From NCBI GenBank assembly GCA_963815195.1, contig CAWFGE010000007.1, positions 224,001 to 288,000 on the forward strand: a stretch of 64,000 bases of DNA, written 5' to 3'. The notes under the pieces were generated by a model. It made no database searches. It saw only the letters and a program-made list of their open reading frames with translations, and was not told where the DNA came from. Numbering within the stretch: position 1 is the stretch's first letter; each line of letters begins with the position of its first letter. Position numbers and translations under genes: made by a program. This DNA is from an uncultured Planctomycetaceae bacterium (lineage in GTDB: Bacteria > Planctomycetota > Planctomycetia > Planctomycetales > Planctomycetaceae). Shown here one piece after another: positions 17,863 to 28,570 of this stretch.

Positions 17863-20008
17863 TGGATCGGGATCCACGAAACTTCGCCCCATCAACGCCA
17901 GCAGAATCAGCAGGCCAATCAGCGACAGACCCGCCCCCAATATGAATCCCGGGGGGTTATAAACGAACTCGACCCGATGCGCACCGGCAGGCAGCGGGAC
18001 CGCGCGAAAGGCGACATTCGCGGGAAGGACTTGAGCGCGCGTTCCATCGACCTTCGCACTCCAACCCGCGGCGAAAATGTCGCTGAGCACCAAATAGCCG
18101 GGCTGTTCCAGATCCGCCTCGACCACGACCCGGTTCGGCGTGTATTCCAGAATGGCCGCGGGCCCAAACGGCTGCCGAGTTCCCGCCGGCAACACATCCT
18201 GATGCACCAACACCTCCCGCCGGGACGACAAGCCGGCGAGTTGCTCCGAAAAGCTGCGGCCGGCTTCCAGCACGCGTGTTTCACCCAGCACAAACGCCCG
18301 CGGGAGAAAGTTTTCGTGCTCGAAGATTTGATAATCCAGCCATTCCGGCGTTTGCCCCGCCAGCGTGACGTCCCGCGGCAATCGCCCGGCGGCGACTTTT
18401 TTCCAACCCGTTTTCGGCAGCGGAATGTTTGCGGGGACGACGGCGTATTTGACGCCCAGGAGCTCCACAAGCTCAGGCCGAAACCGCTGCGGATTCGCCG
18501 GCTGGAGGCCCACGATTTCTTCGCCCGGACTTCGGCCGGGAGCCAGGGCGTCAAACAAAATCGCCGCGCGGGTGAAGGGCACAGGATCATAACCGTGCAC
18601 CTTCGAAATCCGATGTTCCCAGGCTTCGCGGTCGGTGAGCAAATCCTGTTGCACCAGCACCCGTTCTCGATCGGCGTGCTTCGAGAGAAAATCGGTGACG
18701 GAACTGTTTTGACGAATCGCCTCCGCCGGCACCACCGCCAAAATCCGGTCCGCGTTGCGAAACGTTTCTCCGCTTATAATCGCGAGGATGCCGAGAAGCA
18801 TCAGCCCCCGAACCACCTGATTGCGGGAGCGAACCAGCGCTTCGACGCCACCCGCCGCCAGGACCGCCACCGCGAACGAACAGAAAAACAAGCCTCTCGC
18901 CGGCGCGAAACAGCGAAAACCCCGGCACCGTTTGAAACAGCCAGCCGTAGATCGGGGTGCTATTGCCGAAGGCGATCAAGCCCGCGAGAAGGCCCATCGC
19001 CGCGTAGCGCCAAACCGTGCCGGTTTTGGCGCGCAAAAGGAGACCCAGCATCGCCAGGCCCCCCGCCGTCCAGCCAAAATGGAAGAACGTTTCCCAAAAA
19101 AAACCGCCCGGCCCGGCATAATCCGCCGGTCCTCCCAAGGCGAAGGGATCCCACAATTGCCGAAAGTTCGCCGGCCCCAGGCTGATCGCTCCCGCCTGCT
19201 CCAAAGCCAATCCGCCCGAACGAACGGCCTGCTTGGAACACAAATATTGTGGCAACAACTCCACCGCGACCAGAGCCGCCGTCACCAACCCGACCCCCAC
19301 CCACCCCGACGCCAACTTCAGGCGATGGCCGGAAGGCGAATCTTTAGCAGGCGTGATGAGTTCGCCGAACAGCATCAGGCTCAGAAACAGAACGAGATAA
19401 TAAAACTCCTGAACATGCCCGCAGAAAAAGCCCATCGCGAGCACGCCCGCGAGCCAGGGCACCGCCCCGCGATCGCCGGTTCGGAATCGCTCAAACGCGA
19501 AGAACGCCCAGGGGATCCAGGCCGCCAGGCAGATTTGGTTGTAATGCCCCTCGCCGGTTTGGGCCATCAAATACGGAGCCGCCAGGTAAGCACAGCCCCC
19601 GACGATGCCCGCGATCCAGCCCCAACCCAGTCGGCGGACGAGAAAGTAGCCGCCCCAACCGCCCCACCACAGGTGGCCCGCGAGCATCCAACTCGCCAGG
19701 CAGGCGTTTCCGATCAGCAAGAACGTCCAGTTCGGGGGATAGAACAAGCCGCTCTGCGGATTGCCCAGCCAAGCCGTTCCTTCGAGCAAATACGGATTCC
19801 ACAGCGGAATCTGCCCGTCGTTTCGCCAAACCTGCCCGGGCAGCGACCGGAACGCCAAAAACTGAGCGGTGAGATCGTTCCGGCCGCCAAACTGCGGTCC
19901 GACCAACAAACCCGCCGGCCGCAAAACCAGCGGAAACACGGCCAGCAGCACAAATGCTGCCAACAGAAACCCCGCGAGAAGGTGCTGATGAATCTTGGAA
20001 CGGGACAC
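17857..20008 (-). CDS. YfhO-family (GT-C-like) membrane protein, one frameshift near 18895
   Basis: GQIPLWNPY..G..WLGNPQSGLFYPPNW in the N-terminal ORF. HGYDP, PRAF and GYLVLSDIFAAGWSAKVDG...ANVAFRAVPLPAGAHRVEFVY in the C-terminal ORF. Confidence 0.85.
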
Positions 20009-20100
20009 AACGAGACCCTCGGATGCTTTGTGGATAAAGAAGTATAGGTTATGGCTCAAAGTCCGCCTCGGCCGCGTTGATTTTTTGCAGCAACAAAAGG

Positions 20101-20163
20101 GGGAACGTTTCGCCAACGAAAACCCGCGTTAGCGCCGCTCCGTCAACACGAGGGAACGTTTCG
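20101..20163. promoter_or_regulatory. Direct repeat GGGAACGTTTCG (two copies), candidate upstream activator sequence
   Basis: Identical 12-mers at 20101-20112 and 20152-20163, 125-185 bp upstream of the -24/-12 element at 20287. Confidence 0.45.
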
Positions 20164-20284
20164 GCCAAAAGTCGGGCAAAGCTTCTCGCTTGTCCTGCAG
20201 AATATCCCGCCAGTCGTTTCCACCCGACGGACATTCGCGACTTTCCTCAAATCCGTTTCGATTTTTCCGCCCGCGCACGGAATC

Positions 20285-20302
20285 CCGGCACAAGGTATGC
20301 TT
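20285..20302 (+). promoter_or_regulatory. Putative sigma-54 promoter for the GT2-methyltransferase-GT-C operon
   Basis: CCGGCACAAGGTATGCTT: GG-N10-GC with GGCAC and TGCT, about 60 bp upstream of GTG 20362. Confidence 0.68.
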
Positions 20303-20361
20303 TTCCATCACCCTTCCCCGGGATGTTTTCTGCTTTCTCACATCCGACGAGTGTTCGCCTC

Positions 20362-21639
20362 GTGAATCACCCCGTGTTAACCATTGTCATCCCGGCCCTC
20401 AACGAGGAAGAATCGATCGGCATGACGATCGAACGCTGCCTCGCCGCCCGCGCGGGGATTGCCTCCACCGCGGGACTCGAGGACGTGGAAATCATTGTGG
20501 TCAGCGACGGGTCCACCGACCGCACGGCCGAGATCGCCCGCAGCTACGACGAGGTCCGGGTCATCGAGTTTCGCGAAAACCAAGGCTACGGGGCCGCCAT
20601 CAAAACCGGCTGGCAGGCCGGCCGCGGCGATCTGCTCGGATTTCTGGATGCCGACGGCACCTGCGATCCCTGGTATTTCGGGGAACTGTGCGCCGTGACG
20701 GCGATCGGCAAGGCCGACGTCGCGCTCGGTTCCCGCATGGGCCCCGATTCGCAAATGCCCCGCATTCGCCGCCTGGGGAACCGGATGTACGCCCTGATGC
20801 TGGGATTTCTGTGCGGCCGGCACATCACCGACACCGCCAGCGGGATGCGCGTCGTGCGGCGGGAGGTGCTCGAAGATCTCTACCCTCTGCCCGACGGCCT
20901 GCACTTCACGCCCGCGATGAGTTCCCGCGCGCTCCTCAACCATCTCCGCGTCGTGGAAATTCCCATGCGATACGAAGAACGCATCGGAACCAGCAAACTC
21001 AACGTGCTCCGCGACGGCCTGCGATTTGTCAAAGCGATTTTGGAAGGCGTGTTGTGCTATCGCCCGGAGAAAATCTTCCTGTTGGCGTTCGCCTTTTGCA
21101 TGACGCTGACGGTGCTGTTCGCGGCGAGTCCCACGGAGTTCTACATCCAAAACCGCTGGCTCGAGGAGTGGATGATCTACCGCTTTGCGGTGTGCAGTTT
21201 TTTGGGTTCGCTGGGGCTTCTGCTGCTGTTGGCGACGGCGTTGTGCAACCAGATGGCCCGCTTCAGCCGCCGCCGGCCCGATGGGAATTCCTTCTGGGCG
21301 ACCGGGATTCGCTCGCTTGTGTTCGGCTGGAGATTGACGGCCATCCTGGCGGTTTTCACCGGCTGCTCCGTGGGCTTTCTCTGGCCGGGATTGTTGCAAT
21401 GGGTCACGACGGGCCAGGTCACGCTGCATTGGTCCCGGCTGCTCGCGGGGGCGTTCTGCCTCCTGTCCGCATTCCAGACCGGCGTGTTTGCGGTGCTGCT
21501 GCAAATCGTCGAGCTTTGGCTCAGCGAACGATCTCCCTCGTCCCATCGCTGGGACACTTCCCCGGCACGCGCCCGGTCTTCCTCGCCGGCGTTACGATCC
21601 GAAGCCAACGCCCCGGCTGAAACCGTGGAGGCGATTTGA
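20362..21639 (+). CDS. GT2 glycosyltransferase with C-terminal transmembrane region
   Basis: TIVIPALNEE, VSDGSTD, NQGYGAA, LDADGT, DTASGMR and YEERIGTSKL. Four C-terminal hydrophobic segments. Confidence 0.88.
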   Translation: MNHPVLTIVIPALNEEESIGMTIERCLAARAGIASTAGLEDVEIIVVSDGSTDRTAEIARSYDEVRVIEFRENQGYGAAIKTGWQAGRGDLLGFLDADGTCDPWYFGELCAVTAIGKADVALGSRMGPDSQMPRIRRLGNRMYALMLGFLCGRHITDTASGMRVVRREVLEDLYPLPDGLHFTPAMSSRALLNHLRVVEIPMRYEERIGTSKLNVLRDGLRFVKAILEGVLCYRPEKIFLLAFAFCMTLTVLFAASPTEFYIQNRWLEEWMIYRFAVCSFLGSLGLLLLLATALCNQMARFSRRRPDGNSFWATGIRSLVFGWRLTAILAVFTGCSVGFLWPGLLQWVTTGQVTLHWSRLLAGAFCLLSAFQTGVFAVLLQIVELWLSERSPSSHRWDTSPARARSSSPALRSEANAPAETVEAI

Positions 21640-22262
21640 TGAGCACCGATTTGGGGATCGTCGGCCAAATTCATCATCGGAGCGTCCACCGCCGGCGGGT
21701 GCGGGTTTTGGCCCGCCATTTGGCACCCCTGATTCCGCCCGGTTCCAACGTCCTCGACGTCGGCTGCGGAGACGGTCGGCTCGCAAGTCGGCTGATGGAT
21801 TTGGTTCCCGATGTTTCGATCGCGGGGATCGACGTGCTGGTTCGCGAGGAATCGGCCATTCCCGCGAAAGCTTACGACGGCAAAACCATCCCCCACGCCG
21901 ACGGCAGCTTCGATGTCGTGTTGCTTGTCGATGTCCTGCATCATACGGACGACCCCGCGGCATTGCTCGCGGAAGCCAATCGCGTGGCCCGCCGGGCGAT
22001 TGTGATCAAGGACCATTGCCGAAACGGCTTCATGGCCGGCCCCACGTTGCGGTTCATGGACTGGGTGGGAAATGCCGCTCATGGAGTTCGGCTGCCCTAC
22101 AACTATTGGCGCCGGTCCGAGTGGCGGAAGACGATCGCGGAATTGGGGCTGACCATCGAGTGCTGGCAGTCGCAGTTGGAACTCTACCCGTTTCCCACGG
22201 GCCTGTGGTTTGATCGTTCGCTGCACTTCATCGCCCGTTTGACCGCCTCGTCAAACCAATAG
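21636..22262 (+). CDS. Class I SAM-dependent methyltransferase
   Basis: VLDVGCGDG and SFDVVLLVDVLHH. Overlaps the upstream stop codon (translational coupling). Confidence 0.88.
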   Translation: MMSTDLGIVGQIHHRSVHRRRVRVLARHLAPLIPPGSNVLDVGCGDGRLASRLMDLVPDVSIAGIDVLVREESAIPAKAYDGKTIPHADGSFDVVLLVDVLHHTDDPAALLAEANRVARRAIVIKDHCRNGFMAGPTLRFMDWVGNAAHGVRLPYNYWRRSEWRKTIAELGLTIECWQSQLELYPFPTGLWFDRSLHFIARLTASSNQ

Positions 22263-22321
22263 GATGCATTCGTAATCGGACGCCCGCATCACGCGTGCTG
22301 CCCATAAGCCGCCGAGGTTCT

Positions 22322-24122
22322 ATGCTGATCTTTCTGTTGATTGAACTGTCGTTGGCCGCATGGATCGTGCTGATCCTGCCGCGGCTGAGTTTCCTGAAAC
22401 ATCGGCGGCCCAGGCTGTTTCGGCCGCTGTGCCGGAGTTTGCAGGCTCGGCCGTGGTTGGCGACGTGTCTCGTGGCGATGTTTTCGCTTGTCATCAACGC
22501 CGGTCTGACGTTCGTTCAACCGCCCGCCCCAGAAGTGCATGACGAGTTCAGCTATTTGCTCGCGGCGGACACTTTCTCCCACGGCCGATTGACCAATCCC
22601 GCGCATCCGCTGTGGGAACACTTCGAGTCGTTTCACATTATCCACCAACCCACCTATGCCTCCAAATATCCGCCCGGTCAAGGCTTGATGCTCGCCCTCG
22701 GGCAACGCCTGACGGGAAAGCCGATCGCCGGGTCTTGGCTTGGCGTCTGCTTGATGACGGCCGCTGTGAGTTGGATGTTCCAAGGCTGGATGCCGTTCCG
22801 TTGGGCGCTCTTCGGCAGCATCCTCTTCGCCGCGAACGCCGGCATTTACATGTTTTGGGGACAGTTGTATTGGGGAGGGCAGACTGCCTCTTGCCGGAGC
22901 GGCCTTGGCCTTGGGCGCGATGCCGCGACTCGTGCGAACCCGGCAAATCCGCTATGCCCTGATCTTGGCTTCCGGAATTTCCATTCTGGCCGTGACCCGG
23001 CCCTACGAAGGGGCTCTGTTTGCGGGTTTCGTCGGCCTGGCGACCTGCTGGCGGCTCGTTCGTTCGCAGGCTTCGCTTCGCGAAACGTTCACCAAGTTCC
23101 TGCTCCCCAGTGCTGCGGTCCTCTTGGCGACCGTGTCGCTTTTGTTTTATTACAACGCCCAAGTGACCGGCGACTTCAAAACGTTTCCGTACATGCTGCA
23201 TCATCAACAATACGAACTCAGCCCGTTCTTCTTATGGGAAAGTCCGCCCCCGGCGGAAAAGACGTTCCGCCATGCCGTGCTCGACCGCTTCCATCAGCAC
23301 GACATCCTGCTCCTATTTCAAAAGCAGCAAGAGCTCTCCGGATTCTTGCACATCAAACTGGAACACCTGTTTTTTATCTGGTTTCAGTTTGGGAGCGTGC
23401 TGCCGGCCTTCGCGATCCTGTTTTGCTTTCAGCGCGGCGCGTTCCGAAAAACGGCCGCGTGGATGGCGGGATTTGCGTTTTTGTTCGCGGCGGTGCTGGT
23501 GACGCCTTGGCTGCACGCCCATTACTTCGCGGCCGCCGCTCCCTTTTTGCTTCTGGTTTTTGTCACGGGGCTGAGGCATCTTCGCGCGGCATGGAATCGG
23601 CAAGGCCGGTGGGTCCTCGCCGGATTGACTGTGTTCTATCTCGGGGTGAGCGCGTTTCGACTCACGCTCTATGCGGCCGCGGAACCGGGCCAGTGGTATC
23701 AGCATCGCGCCCGGTTGGTTGAAAGACTGAACGAAACGCCCGGCGAGGATCTGGTCGTCGTCCGCTACGCAAAGCAACACAACCCCTCGCACGAATGGGT
23801 CTACAATGGGGCGGACATCGACGGTTCCCCAATCGTGTGGGCCCGCGAGATGGACCCGGAGCGCAATCGCCGGTTGTTGGACTACTACGAAAACCGCCGC
23901 ATCTGGCTGCTCCAGGCCGATGCCGAGCCACCGTGTTTGATCGAACACAACCCGCCGAAAGAGAATGCACCCCAGGCGCCCGTTGCGCCTTCCGCCAAAC
24001 AAGGGACTGCGGTTGTTCAATCGCATTCGAGCCGCAACCGGCTTCGCGAGATAGAGAAATATCCCCGGCAGGATTCGAACCTGCAACCTTTGGCTCCGGA
24101 GGCCAACGATCTATCCAATTGA
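22322..24122 (+). CDS. Polytopic membrane protein, putative GT-C glycosyltransferase (frameshift near 22885; 3' end uncertain)
   Basis: [16 protein letters not shown] and SKYPPG, then [18 protein letters not shown] and [10 protein letters not shown] in the second frame. The last ~60 aa are low-complexity and run into the antisense tRNA. Confidence 0.72.
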
Positions 24123-24133
24123 TCTACGGGGAC
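24060..24133 (-). tRNA. tRNA-Arg (anticodon CCG)
   Basis: Minus strand GTCCCCGTAGATCAATTGGATAGATCGTTGGCCTCCGGAGCCAAAGGTTGCAGGTTCGAATCCTGCCGGGGATA. Acceptor stem GTCCCCG/CGGGGAT, anticodon arm TTGGC-CTCCGGA-GCCAA, T-loop GTTCGAATC. No encoded CCA. Confidence 0.95.
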
Positions 24134-24413
24134 AATTCGATTCCGCGAACAGAGGGTATTATGCCGTCTCCGCCCGTGGATCGTCAAGCAGTGGGCGAAG
24201 TCCGCTTCAATGGACGCCCGAATCGATAAAAAACAAGCCGTTTTCCCAGGGATGCTTTACGAATCAGAAAAAATCGATATTCTGCGGCTGTAATTATCGA
24301 CAATTGTGGGGAGACTATATACAATCTAACCACAACAAACCGCTGATTTTCTCTCAACCACCCCCAATTCCCGCCGAACCTTCCCGCCTGATTTTCTTTT
24401 GGAGTGCCGACGC

Positions 24414-25137
24414 GTGACCGTCGTTCCGGGTGAAAAAACTTGTTCTCCCGCCGTCAACGGCTCCCGCGTGGATCATGGCGGCCGGCGGCGGATGGTCACC
24501 GAATCGCTGCTTGCGGAGATTTTTCAAGGCAAACTGCTCGCGGGCAAGCACCTGGTGATCAAGGACCTCGCCGACCAGTTTGACGTCAGCCCCACGCCGG
24601 TGCGCGAAGCGCTTGTGGCCCTCGAAGGCATCGGCATTGTGGATCTCGTGCCCAACCGCGGGGCCGTCGTCCGCAAAGTCACCGCCGTCGAAGTCAAAGA
24701 GATTTGCCAGGTTCGAAAAGCCCTGGAATGCGAAGCCACCCGCTCGGCGTGCGGGCGAATCGAACTCGCCCAACTCCACGACCTGGCCGAGCAATTCCAG
24801 GAAATGCAGGTCACCACCAACCCCTCCCAAATGTTTTTGGAAACAGCCCGGCAGGCTCGACAGCCGGCTGCACGATTTGATCGCCGAGTCCTGCCCCAAC
24901 CAATTCCTCTGCCGCGAAATCGGCCGGCTGAAATTGTTGTTCCGGGCGTTCCGCGATCTGGCCTGGGAATGGAAACAGGCCAACGACGACTATCACCGCT
25001 ACCGCGAAGAAGCCCGCGAGCATCTGGCGATCGTCGAGGCGCTCATCGCCGGCGAAGCCAAACCCGCCGCCCGCGCCATGGCCCGGCACATTCGTTCCGG
25101 CGTCAAATACTGGAGCCGCGCCCTGCCTGCCTATTAA
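24414..25137 (+). CDS. GntR-family (FCD domain) transcriptional regulator, one frameshift near 24850
   Basis: LADQFDVSPTPVREAL..LEGIGIV..VPNRGAVV winged HTH, then LDSRLHDLI...EHLAIVEAL...AMARHI in the next frame. Confidence 0.88.
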
Positions 25138-25328
25138 AATATGAACCGCGAAGCTCAAGAATTATTGCGAGACCAAAAGAACCACGAAACATACGAAGGA
25201 CGCGAGAGGAATCGCCAAGGCGAGTTGTCCTTCGATAGAACACGGAGATTCCTCCCGCCTAGTCAATATTTTTTAACCGTTCGATATAGACTACTTGAGT
25301 TGCTAAACATTATCGACAGAGGGCAATC

Positions 25329-28300
25329 ATGTCTTGTTTATCGTCTAGGGCTTATCGACAGAATTCCGCCCCGCATTCGTTTCTTTTGCTCGGCCTGTTC
25401 GTGTTCCTCCTCGGACTCTCCGGCGCAAGCCGCGGAGAAAGCCGAACTGGAATACAACCGCGATATCCGCCCGATCCTCGCGGACAAGTGTTTTGCCTGT
25501 CATGGTCCGGACAGCGCGGCTCGCAAGGCCGATTTGCGGCTGGATCAGCGCGAAGTCGCCGTCGAGATGGCAGCCATCATGCCGGGCAAACCGGACGAAA
25601 GCGAAATGATCCGCCGGATTCTTTCGACCGACCCGGGCGAAAGAATGCCCCCCGCCGAAACGAAAAAGTCTCTCACCAAAGAAGAGCAGCAAAAGCTCGC
25701 GGACTGGATCAAACAAGGGGCCAAGTACCAGTTGCATTGGTCCTTCATTCCCCCGAAGCGGCCGGAGCTTCCGAAGGTCAAAAACAAAGGCTGGGTGCGA
25801 AATCCCATCGATGCCTTTGTCCTTGAAAAATTGGAAGCCGCCGGTCTTCAACCCGCCCCGGAAGCGGATCGGCGGACGCTCGCTCGCCGGGCCAGTCTCG
25901 ACATCACCGGCCTGCCGCCGGAACCGAAACTCGTCGAAGCCTTCGTCAACGACCCCTCGCCCAATGCCTACGAGAAGTACGTGGATGAGCTGCTCAAGTC
26001 GCCGCATTGGGGCGAGCACCGCGGCCGGCATTGGCTGGACTATGCCCGCTATGCCGACACTCATGGCATTCATTTCGACAACTTTCGCGAGATGTGGTCC
26101 TATCGAGATTGGGTCATTCAGGCTTTTAACCGCAACATGCCCTATGACGAGTTCACCATCGAAAGCCTCGCCGGCGACCTGCTGCCCGATGCCACGCTGG
26201 CTCAGAAAATCGCTTCGGGGTTTAACCGCTGCAATATGACGACCAACGAAGGCGGGATCATCAACGAGGAATACCTCGTCCTGTATACCCGCGACCGGGT
26301 GGAAACGACATCGCAAGTCTGGATGGGTTTAACGGCCGGTTGCGCGGTGTGCCATAGTCATAAGTTCGATCCGCTCACGCAACGCGAGTTTTATGAGATG
26401 GCGGCGTTCTTTAACAATACAACCCAAGCCGCGAAAGACGGCAACATTAAAGACACGCCGCCCATCGTCCGCGTGCCGCTGCCCCAAGACCGGCCGCGAT
26501 GGAATGAATTAAAGGCACTAGTATCAACAGCCAGGCAGCAAGTCGATACGCGGAGAAAAGAGGCTCGGTCCGATTATCAAAAGTGGTTGGCCGCCGCGAA
26601 GCCGGAGGTTCTAAAGGCGACCGTTCCAAGCGAGGGCCTGTCATTTCATGCCCCCCTCAATGAAGGCGAAGGCGATAAAGTTCACATCGAGATCAACCAC
26701 GAACCGGCGGAAGCCCCCTTGGCAAAAACGACCACGTGGAAAGACGGCCCCGCGGGCACCAAGGCCTTGGCGGTTCAAGGGCAGGCGAGCGAGTTCTCCG
26801 AAGTCGGAAATTTTGAAAGCGATCAGCCTTTCACGCTCGCCGGTTGGATCAATGTGCCCGCGAACGATGGGTTCGGAGCCATCTGCGCCCGCATGGACCG
26901 CGGGAACACATACCGCGGCTGGGACCTGTGGATGCAACGCAGGCAAGTCGGTATGCACATTATCAACTCCTGGCCCGCCGCGGGTCTCAAAGTCGTCAGC
27001 CGGGCCCAGGTCCCCGCGAACCAGTGGGTGCACGTCGCCGTGACTTATGACGGTTCTCAAAAAGCCGCCGGCATTAAGATCTACTATAACGGCAAGCCGC
27101 AACAAACGAATGTCGAAAACGACAAGCTCAAAGGCCCGATCCGCACCGAGGTGCCGTTCAAGATCGGCCAGCGGAGCGACGGCGATCAATTTACGGGAAG
27201 CCTGCAAGATTTACGGATTTACGAGCGCACCTTGACTCCCGCCGACGTCGATGCTCTTGCCGGGCAGAGTCAATATGAAACCATTCTCGCCAAACCGAAC
27301 AAAGACCGCACCGCGAAAGAAAAGCAACTGCTCTACAACTATTGGCTGGAATCATTTGATGCGGACTATCAAAAGTCCAGCCAACAACTCGCCGGCTATG
27401 AGCGCGAGCAAAATGATATTCAAGCCCGAGGCACCGTCGCCCATGTGATGCAGGAACAAGATCAGGAGGCGATGGCCTATGTGCTGTTCCGCGGCGAATA
27501 TGACAAACGCGGCGACGAAGTGTCTCCCGGCACGCCCGCCGTGCTGCCGGCCTTTCCGAAAGACGCCCCGAAAAACCGGCTGGGCTTTGCAAAGTGGCTG
27601 CTGCTTCCCGAGCATCCGTTGACGGCCCGCGTGACCGTCAACCGGTATTGGCAGGAAGTGTTCGGCACCGGGATTGTCAAAACGGCCGGCGACTTCGGGG
27701 TGATGGGCCAGTCTCCGTCCCACCCGGAATTGCTCGATTGGCTTGCGGTCGAGTTTCGCGAGACCGGCTGGGATGTCAAGAAGTTCTTTAAACTGATGGT
27801 GACCTCCGCAACCTATCGGCAATCCGCCGCGACGACGGCCCAAAAACTGGAACTCGACCGCGACAATCGTCTCTTATCGCGCGGGCCGAGGTTCCGCATG
27901 GATGCCGAGATGGTCCGCGACTATGCCCTGGCCGCGAGCGGGCTTTTGGTGCCGAAAATCGGCGGGCCGAGCGTCAAGCCCTATCAACCGCCCGGTGTCT
28001 GGGAAGCGATCGCGATGAATGTCAGCAACACGCGCAGCTACGAGCCAGGCACAGGCGATGAACTCTACCGCCGCAGCCTGTATACGTTCTGGAAGCGGAT
28101 GGCACCGCCGGCTTCGATGGACATCTTTAACGCCCCCAATCGCGAATACTGCGTCGTCAGTCGCGAACGCACGGACACGCCGCTCCAAGCGCTCGTGACA
28201 TTGAACGATGTGCAGTTCGTCGAAGCCGCGAAGCATCTCGCGCAGAAGTCTTTGAAGGAAGGCACAACCTTTTCCGATCATCTGAATTTTATGGGCCTGC

Positions 28301-28518
28301 GCCTGCTCTGCCGGCCGTTCGATGCGAAAGAGACACCGATTATCGAACGGTCTCTCGACAAGCTTTTGGCCTACTATAAAGCGCATCCCGGCGAAGCCGG
28401 CCAGCTTTTGGAAGTCGGCGAATCCCCGGCCGACAAATCGCTCGAACCGGCCACGCTCGCGGCGTGGACGATGCTCACGAACGAGTTGATGAATTTGGAC
28501 GAAGTGCTGAATAAATAG
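25329..28518 (+). CDS. PSD1 / planctomycete cytochrome c protein (DUF1549 + LamG-like + DUF1553)
   Basis: YNRDIRPIL..KCFACHGPD, HWSF.PP, NPIDAF, WLDYARYADTHG, CAVCHSHKFDP, LamG-like WVHVAVTYDG and PSHPELLDWLA. The signal peptide lies in the 25329 frame, implying a frameshift near 25420. Confidence 0.9.
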
Positions 28519-28570
28519 TCCGGATCCTAGAGGCTCTACTTGTGCCGTTTCCTATGACGGAGAAAACTCC

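Noticed and set aside
23960..24122. Genuine protein-coding overlap with the antisense tRNA
   Set aside because: The tail is low-complexity and lies beyond the apparent domain end. Read-through from a lost stop or an indel is more likely.
4751..24133. Glycosylation cluster as a genomic island integrated at the tRNA-Arg 3' end
   Set aside because: No integrase and no second copy of the tRNA 3' end were found by eye, and no obvious compositional break was seen.
25141..25328. N-terminal extension of the 1125-aa PSD1 ORF
   Set aside because: This is AT-rich, operator-like DNA. The credible signal peptide begins at ATG 25329 in another frame.
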